From: Fimicolochytrium jonesii
Taxonomy: Eukaryota
Assembly: GCF_025526975.1 (NCBI RefSeq)
Contig: NW_026515675.1
Span: 372,001-436,000 of the forward strand
DNA: 64,000 bases
Direction of reading: 5' to 3'
Positions 26,145-36,855 of the stretch are shown piece after piece (the stretch's first letter is position 1; each line of letters begins with the position of its first letter). The notes beneath the pieces were generated by a model. The model had not been told where the DNA came from and made no database searches. It saw only the letters and a list, made by a program, of their open reading frames with translations. The position numbers were made by a program, and so were the translations under genes.

Positions 26145-26213
26145 CCCTGGTTTAATTTTTCTTCTATAACCTTGATCAAGAAGAAAAGAAAACGCAGGCC
26201 GCTTGCAGCACCG

Positions 26214-26510
26214 ATGGGGTTCTTTGACAAAGCACGAAGCAAAGCGAACACTTTCTTTTCGAAAGTCCCAGGTCACATTCAGAAGGCTCGGGGATTCCTC
26301 GATCAAGCGGTCTCGGGCGTCAGGACCGGCCACAAGCTCTTAACTCATGTCCGCCAGGGAATCGAAACCAATGATATCTTCGACGGCAAGGTGAAAGAAG
26401 CTTCACGTAAGGTAGGCTCCTTTGCTGATCTAGGCTTGAAAAAAGTTGACGCCTACCACAAAGGAGGCGATCAATTCCTCGGGCATCTGCAGAACATTCC
26501 TCTGGCCTGA
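26214..26510 (+). CDS. Small amphipathic viral protein (98 aa), candidate membrane-active virion protein
   Basis: MGFFDKARSKANTFFSKVPGHIQKARGFLDQAVSG...; Gly2 followed by basic amphipathic helices. Confidence 0.6.
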   Translation: MGFFDKARSKANTFFSKVPGHIQKARGFLDQAVSGVRTGHKLLTHVRQGIETNDIFDGKVKEASRKVGSFADLGLKKVDAYHKGGDQFLGHLQNIPLA

Positions 26511-26577
26511 GCAGATCTCATATCGCTCTTTTTTCCATCGCTTGTCATTAATCTAGGAATCAACCGCTTCCTTCGAG

Positions 26578-29500
26578 ATGAACATCAACTCTCGAACGAG
26601 CAGCGGCATAAGGACGCTGGATAGGCTGAACCTGGTAGCGCCGACCGTTAGCAGTTCAATCAAAGCTGCTGGCGACAATGTCTCCATGACGGGGTTCGAC
26701 TCAGCCGCGTTTCAGGCTCTATCAAACGAGAATGGCCCTCTTGAAGTGAATCGTGTAGAGGCCACCGAGCCGCTGGAATCGAAGACCGAAGCCGGCCTGG
26801 CAACCGTCAGCCTCGTTCATGATGAGACCCTCCAAGTCACTGATGGTAAACTTGGCACAACTCCCGTGCCAAAAGTTGAGGTCATCGCGCCTCTAGATGA
26901 GACGGACAACCGCCTTACACTGAAATGGACGGATCCCTTAACGGTCACGGATGAGGGCCTGACGCTCTCGTATGACCAAGATACCTTGAAGGTCAATGAT
27001 GGGGAGCTCTCCGTAGTCTTCCCTGCCCCGGAAACACTTCAGCCTCCTCTGATTCGAGACAGGGATGGCATCGAATTGCGGCACGATTCTACGCTCGTTG
27101 TAACGGCGAATGGAGACTTGTCCGTCCCAAAGGAACCGCTAAAGCAACCCTTAACGCGAGACGGGTCAGGCGTAGGGTTGAAATTGAATACGGATGACTT
27201 CGCCGTGGACGCCACTGGCGCGTTGGCCATCGTCCCAACAAACTATGAAGCTCCTCTGCATGAATCTGCCACGGCAGACAAGACCGTGTCCTTGCACACG
27301 GATGACAGTCCTCACGTCATCGGGGACGCTCTCAGCGTCGTACCTGAAGCATTATCAGCTCCCTTGACGTGGGAGGATGGGACACTTACGGTGCGTCTAG
27401 GGAAGGGTCTGAAGGTCAATGATGATGAAGAGCTGGAGACCAACATTGAGCAGGTCGTCGTTGGGCGCGGGGCCATCAGTAGTGATAAAGCTGGAAGCCT
27501 GGCGCTCGAAGATGTGCTGTCAATGGGCTACTCGTCCATCTCTGAGCTATTCAACGATGACGTTGATGTTGATGCCAGTGTTATTCGGCTCAAGACCTCC
27601 GATGATCTACAACAGACGGGAAACAAACTCGCTATACGATCCCAGGGACTAGGCAGAGTCCCGTTCTACAATGGGATCTCAGGGGTTCACCTATAATGAG
27701 ACTCTGAACGAGCTCCATGCGCCGCACATATACGTCAACTCTAACTTTTCACCTGCCGACACAGAAGTGCCCACAAAAGCGTATGTGGAACAGCTATACC
27801 AAAGTGATGCGGGCTCTCCCATCAACATCTCCGGGGTGAGCAACGGACGCAGAACCATCGACCTGCGAACAGACGCTAACCTAGCGGTTGAGAATCAAGT
27901 CCTCAGCGTCAATCCGTCTCCTTTGGTGGACAACAAAGGGGTCCGAGTGATTGACGGTAAGATCGGTATCGGACTCACGTTCCAGCCGGGAAACGGCGGT
28001 CTCAAGATAGAGAACCAGAACCAGGTCAAACTCGCACCTAATGTCAGCGGAGCCATCACTTTTGACGGCAATAACACGTTTTCGGAGAAGCTCACCGCCA
28101 GCCAGGGTGTAAAGAGGGTCGAGAATGATCTCCAGCTGGACCTACAAGCGGGAGACTCGACAGTCACTGTGAGCGGCAACACGGTGAAGGGAAACTACCA
28201 GGCTAACACCGGTGTCCGCCTCACAGGGAACACCATCTCAGGAGCGTACACAGCGGGAAACAACGTTAGCATAAGCGGCGCTACAATCAGCTGTACTTAC
28301 CAGCCCGAACCCGAAACTCCTACAGTCATCACTGGCGCACTTCCCATCATCGTCACAGGAGCTGACAAGGAATACAATATCTCTAAACAGCCGCTGGTAA
28401 TATCTGGAGGAGCAGGGATCGTGGTGGCGGGTTCTGAGGGTACCGGTTACGTAATCAGCAGCGTTCAGCCTTATAAGCAGAAGAAGCAGGACTCTGACCC
28501 GGAGGAGAACATGGAGGAGTCTGATCCGTTTGCAGAGAGTGACCCGTTGACCGCTTCTGGATCCTCTCCCGTTGTCAGCGTGACTGGCCCCCTCGGGTTT
28601 CTTCTCAGCAGTGGTGCGTCGCTCATAGGAGGGCCTTTGGCCAGTGGTGTGGCTGTTGCGCCTACCTCGGCCTTCGGCGCTCTTGGGGCTCTCGCGGGAG
28701 CTGTTGGGGGAACAACCATTGTAGGCGGCTTTGCATCTGTTTTTGGACGCGAACGAAAGAATAAGACAGACGCTAGCGGGAATCCGATCATAGACGCCAA
28801 CAACAACCCGGTGCTAGAAGACGGCTCGCAAGTTATCATTTCGATGCTGCCGAAACCCGACGACACCTCCTGTGATGTTACAAGGTTATTATTTGACACT
28901 CCCAGTTCTTGTTCTTACCGCTCAGTGCTCTTTGAGGTCCCTCAACAAGCCGTCAATCTCGACCTTCTCAAACAGTACCACATCGCGGCCATCAAGCCTC
29001 AGATAGATCTCAAGTTCGACAAAACGGGAAGTCTTCCCTATGCTCAGCTTAGCGGCGTACCGGACCTTTCCGTCTACGAGAAGAGGCTCACTTTCGCTCC
29101 TTCCCCTGTGCTGACGCGGGCAGCGGACACGGTGACATTCGACTCGACCAAGATCACCTCTCTCGGAACATTGGCCGGTCTGACACTTAGTGGAGCTTTA
29201 AGTGGGACGACAGCAACGTTCTCTGGGGCAATATCTTCACCTACCCTCAGCAACTATCTCCTCTCAGCCACAGCTGCCACCTCCTACCAACCGCTGAATG
29301 CTAAGCTTTCGACGATCGCTGCAAGTACAGCCGCGGCTTCGTACTTTTTGGTGGGAGACGGCGGCGCATATGCCTCGACCAGCCCTCTGAACGCCAGGTC
29401 AGCCCTTGGACTTGGCTCTTTGTCTTTCAAATCATCGCTGGACTTAGCAGCGGACGTCGGGACAAGTGTCTTGCCGGAGCCACGGATAGATGCATTGATA

Positions 29501-32500
29501 GCTAGGAAGACCTATGTGGATTCCCTGGTGGTTACCGCCGGCGCTGGCCTTACGAAGGCGGGCACAGCACTCAGTGTCAACGACGCGCAGCCTGGCATCA
29601 CCAGCCTTGGGACCCTGTCTAGTCTGACGACAAACGGTCTTTCCGTGCTCGGTAACAGTCGGACGCAGGGTTGCATTGTGCAGGGGTCCCAGCCGGCGCT
29701 GAATCTATCGAGTATGGCAACCGGAGGGGCTAGCTGGCAGTTATATTCGACCGTAGCCGGTGATTCACTGGGTCCCGGGTTCCTTTCGCTCTTGAATACA
29801 ACTGGAGGCGGGTCTACGCCGGTCCTCAACGTCAATGGGAGTGATCTGACACTCACTATCGCCAGGGCTCTAACAGTGAGTGGAGCGGTGACTATTCAGG
29901 CAACTCCAACAGCGGCTACTCACGCTGCATCAAAGGGATACGTTGACGGATTGATCAACACCACACAGACGGGAGCGCAACCGCTCAATGGCAAGCTTAG
30001 CACTATATCCAATGCAACTGCCGCTGCTAGCTACTTCCTTGTAGGAGATGGGACAAACTTCATCTCGACCAGTCCTGTCGCTTCTAGAAGTGCGCTCGGG
30101 CTTGGTTCTTTGGCCTTGAAGAGCATTGTCACGCTCACATCAGATGTGACTGGTATCTTGCCTCTTGCGAACCTAGATACACAGGTAAGTACCAAGGCAT
30201 ATGTTGATGCTCAGACCGTCACAGCTGGGAATAATCTGTCAAAGGCCGGGACTGTGATATCTCTCAATCCAGATGTACGGTTGAACAGTCTACGTTTAAC
30301 TTCCACCGACTTGAACTCGTCTGCGCTTCTTGTCAACGGTATCGGTCAGTTTGGACAGGTCCAAGCGGCTGACTTGATTGTCTCTGGAAACAGCTACCTG
30401 CAAGATGTGACGGTTAATGCTGGTTTGAACGTAATTGGTAGTTCCAGCCTAAGCGGACTTAATGTCACAAGTGTATTGAATGTCAGCAGGACAGCCACCG
30501 TGTCAACACCAACATCGGGGGCACATGCGGCGACGAAAGCCTACGTTGATGGTCTTTACACTGCTGGGACGGGCCTGACACGTGCTGGAAACGCCTTCAG
30601 CGTGAATGTGGCTCAGCCTCAGATCACATCAGTTGGCACATTATCGTCGCTGGCTGTAAGCGGAGCGGTGACTGTCGCGGGAACAGCCAATTCGGCCGTG
30701 CCGACAGCGGGGGCCATGCAAGTTGCTGGTGGGCTAGGGGTGGGGAAAAATCTAGTTGTTGCGGGGCAGAGCAACATCATTGGCTATGATTCAAACGTAG
30801 ATGCATATTCATCGTTCAATGTCCCTTTGACTGTCTGTACACAGGTGTCTAATGCAGCGGTGGGGGCTCCGACCCCTGTTCTGCAACTTGCTCAGGCTGG
30901 GACTCCCGCTTCCAAGGTCGCGGGATCTGCGACTTTCAACATGTCAAGGTATGCACTTGCCGGTGTACAGCCCAAAACACAATTGGATCTCTTCCTGAGC
31001 GATACCGACTGGGGGGTGGGAAAGACCGCGCTAACCCTGCGTGGCGACGGAACCGTTCTGATCCCTTCGAACGCTCTAAGTGTGTCTGTACCTGTCACGA
31101 GCAGCTACACAACAGGATACTTCTTGCAGCCGTCGCTCACCGCTGGGTCTCTCACTCAGTTCATCCATGGTGTCGGCATGAGTACATATAATTCAGCGTG
31201 CTTTGACTTCAACTACGCAGGAGCAGGTAACTCCGGTAACTATCTCGGACTGGGTCACTACGGCGCGAACGGATTACTCCGCGTCTATGGGAACGGGGTT
31301 GTCCAATGTACCTCTAGCGAGGACTCAAGTGGACCCGGTACTGGTGCTTTGCAAGTGGTAGGAGGGGTGGGTGTCTCCAAAAGTCTATTTGCTGGAGGAA
31401 CATCGGCGACGTCAAGTCATACATTGCAACTCAACTCCACAACATCCGATGTTCTCAAGATCCAGAGTCTTTCGGCTTTGGGGTTTTCCACTATTGGCTT
31501 CTTGAACAACACGGGAACGGTAGTGGGCGCTTTTGGTTATGCTGGAACCGGTACAAGTGCTCCCAATGCTGGAAACTTTTTCCTCTATTCCGGGTCAGCG
31601 GCAAACTTTGTGATCAATAGCAATGTTCCAAGTGTGCAGATTCTATCCACGGCAGACTCCTCATCTTCGACATCAGGTGCATTTCAAGTCAAAGGTGGAG
31701 CCGGGTTTGCAGGCAATGTTAACGTAGGAAAGGACTTGACCGTTGCGGGGACACTTTACAGCAATATCACCTCAGCAGGACCGATTGTTGCATCGCATCT
31801 TGGAGCACCTAACTTAGCAGCCGGAAGTTTCACGACTTTACAGCTCGGCACAGGGGCATCTACAAACAATATGGCAAGGTTGTACTTCAACTACGCCGGC
31901 CCAGGTCTTGCAGCAAACACGCTGGGGTTGGGGCTCTGGAACTCTCCACAAGGTCTTGTCGTTGATGGAACGGGGAAGGTTGCTATCCCAACCGGTAACT
32001 TGCAAGTTAACGGAAACCTCCCTATCATCAGCGGAAACGACACAATCGGACCACTGTCAATCGACCCCAATTTCACATCCAATAACTATGTTAGGGTCTG
32101 GGACGATTTACGTGTTGTTGGAGACTTCTCTGTATACAACTCCGCTGAAGCCGTTGCTTGGCTCAAAGTTGCGTCGAGCGATGGTAGCGTTGTACTGAAA
32201 GGGTCCTCGGATACCTCGGCAGTTGGGTCGGGCGCTTTGCAGGTATCCGGGGGCGCATCTGTGGCAAAATCTCTGTATGTTGGGCCAAATCTCAATGTAG
32301 CCGGCGACCTCCTCACTCCCGCCTTGACGTCTACAAGCACTCTAGTTGTGCATCCCACGACACCGGCAACAAACTACTCCTGGAACGGATACAGCGTGAC
32401 TTACTCCTCGGAGTATACCTACAACAACTCAAACGGAATAGATGGGCTTACGGGACATGGTTGTGACTGTTACATGTATGCATCCTACGCATCGAGATTG

Positions 32501-33406
32501 CGGTGGGCAACAAGTAGCACTTCAACAGGCACACTCAGCCTCGATTCAACAGCGCAAAGTCTGCATTTCTCCCTCCTCCGGCTCCCGACCGCAATTGCCA
32601 TGGCTCAAGTCAAACTAACTGCGTATCTGCCTGATGGCGTGTTGATGCCAACCACGTTCACTGTAGTGGCGCGGACAAGCGAATCGTCGGTCAAGACCAT
32701 CGCCACGTTCTCCAACATCAGCGCGTCTAGTTGGTTGATGGACGGGAATTCGTTTTCGTTCTCAAATACCACTGCCTATCCCGTGTGGGGGATTTCGTGG
32801 CAGTACGCAAATCAGACAACAGCAGGAGGGGTCGCCATACGAGGGATACAGTGGAATCAATTGATTCCAAAGGCCGCCTTGGTGAATGCTCAGGCGGATA
32901 CGCTGAATGCGTCTACTGTGACTGTATCAGGCACGACCACCACTAATAGCCTGGTTGCGAACTCAGCCCTCTGTAAAGGTGACTTGACTTGTAGCACGAA
33001 CATGTATTGCAACACCCTTGTGCAGAGCTTTGTCGCCATCAAAGACTGGTTGGCGGATGTCCTTGTGCCTAATGCCAATGGTTACACCAACACTAGCCCC
33101 AGTCCTATCGGGTGGATCCCAAAAATGTCGGCATGCGTTGCTCACTGCATGTTCTCCGCCGCTCCAAATGTTATGAACGCTCGAATCACATGTGGTGTAC
33201 AAATCCTCGATGGAGCTACGGTTGTGGCAGCGAAGAGTTTCTCAATCTATGGGACCATAAATAATTACAACGTTCAGACCCCCTTCTGCTTCCAGCTGCC
33301 CATTCTCTTCAACAGCACCTCGACCGGGCTCACCGTAAAGCTCAGCATTCCGACCTCGATGACGTTCAGTAATTTGTACGTTTTGTTCTACACACAGGTC
33401 TTCTAG
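26578..33406 (+). CDS. Giant fibre/spike protein (~2270 aa), split by a 1-nt frameshift at the G run 27682-27685
   Basis: The 372-aa and 1911-aa ORFs join as YNGISG|FTYNETLNEL if one G is removed. Contains adenovirus-shaft-like repeats (APL..LTL...L.V....L.V), T/SKAYVD-type repeats, four GA(L/M/F)QVxGG repeats and a discoidin-like C-terminal module. Confidence 0.78.
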
Positions 33407-33851
33407 TCGCTAAATGGTACACGTGTCGCGGCGAAGTCTACTGATAAGTCGCCGATAGTTTCGTGTGAGGTGCGTGTGTGTGTGCCGTGGGATAGGGCCG
33501 TGATCATTAGCTGTCGTGGCGCGGTCGTACCATAGCGGCGGCGTTTGGATGATGGAGCCGACGGTTTGGGTTCCAGCCCCGGGTTTCGGGATGTAGACGC
33601 GGCGGTCCCGTAGGGTTGTGCAGCAGGTTTGGGTGCGCTTTTATCGATAACGGTGCATCGCCAAAACGTCTTCGCACCAGGGGCGTAACTGGGGCGTACT
33701 AGATACATGCAGAATGTAATAGATACGTTTGACGTAACAGATATGCTACAGGGGTGTAACTGGGACGTAATGATTATATAGTACATAATAAGCGTAATAC
33801 AGCACAGTTACATAAACAATACGCCACAGTTACATAACCAGAAAATACCAG

Positions 33852-33895
33852 TGTCGTAGTGCAGGTGTAATTTAAATTACACCTGCACTACGACA
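33852..33895. repeat. Perfect 44-bp palindrome (candidate hairpin telomere or resolution site)
   Basis: TGTCGTAGTGCAGGTGTAATTT|AAATTACACCTGCACTACGACA, 22-bp arms with no spacer. The palindrome is certain; the function is inferred. Confidence 0.95.
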
Positions 33896-34653
33896 ATCGG
33901 GTACGTGGAAAGAAGTTCAAGTCTTTGTTGGACATCAAAGATGCATATCACCGCCTCTTGGTTTGCAAAGCTGATAGAGACAAAACAGCGTTTCAAACGC
34001 GGTTTGGTCATTTTGAGTACTTGGTTATGCCGTTTGGATTCCCAAATGCACTGGCAACATTTCACCGGTTAACCAATAAGATGTTGGGCAAGATGTATGA
34101 TGCGTATGTCATATCTTACCTGGACGATATCTTGATCTTCTCGGAAACAGCCAAGGAGCATATCGCTCATGCCGAGAGTGTTTTGGCTGTTCTTGCCGAG
34201 CATAAACTTTATGTCAAGCCATGCAAGTGCAAATGGATGCAGAAAGAGCTTGAATTCTGCGGCCACATCCTGGGGGAGGATACAATGGCCATTACTCCCT
34301 TGAATTTAAAGTTTGAAAGTTTGCACGTCCTACCAAACAGAAAGAGGTTGACAAAGTACCTGAGTCAATACGTCGATCGTTATGCATACATTGCGTATCC
34401 ATTGACAGAGCTACAGTTGGGCAATAGGCCATGGCACTGGGGCGATGTTGAGGAAACAGCTTTTGTTAAGCTGAAGGAAGCTATTATTACAGCTCCTACA
34501 CTCGTGTCTTACGACCCAAAGCGAGATTTATACATGTTTACGGATGCATCAGGTTTTTGCAATAGGAGGATGGCTCGCGCAGCCGGCGGATCCAGTGGAG
34601 CATTACCCATCACCGTTGCCTACCTCTGTGAAGGGATTTAAAAATCTGCCACC
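33896..34653 (+). pseudogene. Gypsy A reverse transcriptase (C-terminal part) and start of RNase H
   Basis: [34 protein letters not shown]. Confidence 0.88.
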
Positions 34654-36855
34654 CATTTGTTCAGCCCACAATAGTCGATACACATACGGAGACTGCCATC
34701 CTTTTTCTTAGCAAATAACACTGCAGCGCCCCAGGAGCTCTGCGAGTGCTGAATCCAACCGCGCTCAAGCATGCGGGTAACCTTCTCATTCAGCTCTTTG
34801 AGTTGCGCTCATATGCCATAAAGGATTAAAGCTCGATATGGAAGTTATCCTCTCCTCTATCAGGTGGCAACTCTGCGGGCTCGACCAACAAACTATCGAC
34901 ATACTTCTCTAACGTTGGATATAGAAGGTGATCCGATGGCATGCCCAAATCAACCTTCTGTCTTGTAAGTTCGATCATTTGAACCTCTGGCTCTGGTTCG
35001 GCGCGATCGCGCTCATTTGCAGGGACATAAGCTGCTGACGCATTCACTGCAGCTTCTATGTCCATAGCGTATGCCATGTAACACTTCCCATACACCTTCT
35101 TTTGAGATAAGCGAGTGAACTTCTTATATGTTACAACTCCTTCACTTGAGTCTTCTTGTTCAGGCATCGCTGCCTTGAAACGTTTGGACTTCTTTCTGAT
35201 GTCAAAGGACCGCAGATCGGCTGCATTACAGGACAATTTGGATTCCCACTTGCTAGTTACCTGTCTGGCAACCAGGGTGTGTTCAACTTCATCTGCACGG
35301 AAGCATAAAACCGGAATCTCAGCCTCTATGTGCTCGAAACGAACGTCATCAAGCATATAGATCCATGGTAATCCGAGGATAACGTCCACCCGCAGAGGAG
35401 CAACCAAAAATGGAAGCTTTCCTCGTGAATAGTGCCGTGGATCCCCCCATAACTGAAAATCGCCACAAAATAGCTTGTTGGCGTTGAATGTATGGCCGTC
35501 GTCACCCCAGGTGACATGAATGGGTGTTTTGGGGTTATAGGTTTGAAAACCGTGTTTTGACACCCATCCCTGTCATATCATAAGTGTTGTGCGTCCTGTA
35601 TCGATCAGAATGTGACAAAACTTGCCATTCAACTTGCCATGAACCAGAAATGCACATCGAGCGATCAACGCATCGGGTTGCAGTTGCAGTGCTTCAGGCC
35701 TCGGAAAAACAGTTTCAGTCTCGTCTGGCCGGCACAGACGCGCCCCCAAAGCAGACGTATTGCTACAATCAACCAGTATACCAACCGCAGACTCAGGGTG
35801 TATAGCCTCAAGTTCCTCTTCAATGGACACCATTGCACAATGAGACAAATAAGCAGTGTCTTTATTACACGTCTCTACTGAAAACCCTTTTTCTGACCAG
35901 CATCCCAACGCGGCTTATCCTTAGCCTTGTCGGATTTCTTGTCCTTCTTCTTTTTCGGACAATCTCGCGCACGGTGCCCCATCTCACCACAATTGGAACA
36001 CTTCATGTTTGAGAGGTCTGGGCGTGCGTAAGGCTTAGCAGCTTCCGCCTTCTTAGCTTTCCCCCCCTTCTTGCCCGCAGTACCCACGGCAGAAGAGAAG
36101 TTAGCACGTTTAGGCGCACTACTACCACAAGCAACTGCTTGTTAGCATCGGTCCCCTTATCGGCGAGACGACGCACAGCAAAAGAACTGAGCGCACGATC
36201 CATCAAACGAATCAACGGATATGTGAGCAAAGGGTGTTGCTCCCTATAATCGACCATCGTATGCAACAACGACTGGGCAACTTGTAGCCGACGGTATTGG
36301 TCTTGTCGCGAGTAAGAGCGCGAAGAAACAGGTTATTCAAATCGTCAGGAGTGATAACCTCCAGGTTGCGCTGTGCTTCGGCAACGATACGTTTGAACTC
36401 TGTCGCATAAGAATCCATCGACTTATGGAAAGTCATACGATGCAGAGCTTTGAGCGCGTTGGTTTTCGCGGTTGTAGGATAAAAGGCTAACTTGAAAGCC
36501 GTTTCGAAATCCTCTTTCCGCATGTCAAGCCTGCATGCGGTATCGAACCAGGCACGTGCGTCGCCTTCGAGCGAGCCAGATACCTTCTGCATGTACTTAA
36601 AGTCCCAATCGGATGGCCAAAAGTAAGCATGACATCTGTATGCTTCTGCAAAAACGACGAGAGCTGCCTCGCGCTTTTTGCCGTTGAAAGGATGCTGCGA
36701 GATCCATGTCCCATGGTGCCTACGCTGCTTGATGTAGAACGCTCCACAGATCCATCCTGCAGCAGGGCATCATGTTGCATAGCAGAATTACGCTCCAACG
36801 TAGCGTGCAAGCGATTTTCACCCCAAGGAACATCAGGCTCAACAGGACCAGGCTA
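34654..36855 (-). pseudogene. Inverted Gypsy gag-protease-RT N-terminal segment
   Basis: LEGDARAWF gag, CSNCGEMGHRARDC knuckle, ILIDTG protease, DVILGLPW and [13 protein letters not shown], all on the minus strand. Confidence 0.82.

Larger units (their letters stand above)
22444..33895 (+). mobile_element. Endogenous dsDNA virus fragment (Polinton-like/MELD-type), virion-gene half plus one terminus
   Basis: Intronless, densely packed ORFs including an MCP-like gene and a giant fibre gene. Bounded on the left by a Gypsy LTR and on the right by a perfect 44-bp palindrome. No polymerase, packaging ATPase, protease or integrase is seen in the surviving part. Confidence 0.78.

Noticed and set aside
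33403..33786. 127-aa minus-strand ORF after the fibre gene
   Set aside because: It begins within the subterminal repeat region and has no recognisable features; coding status unsupported.
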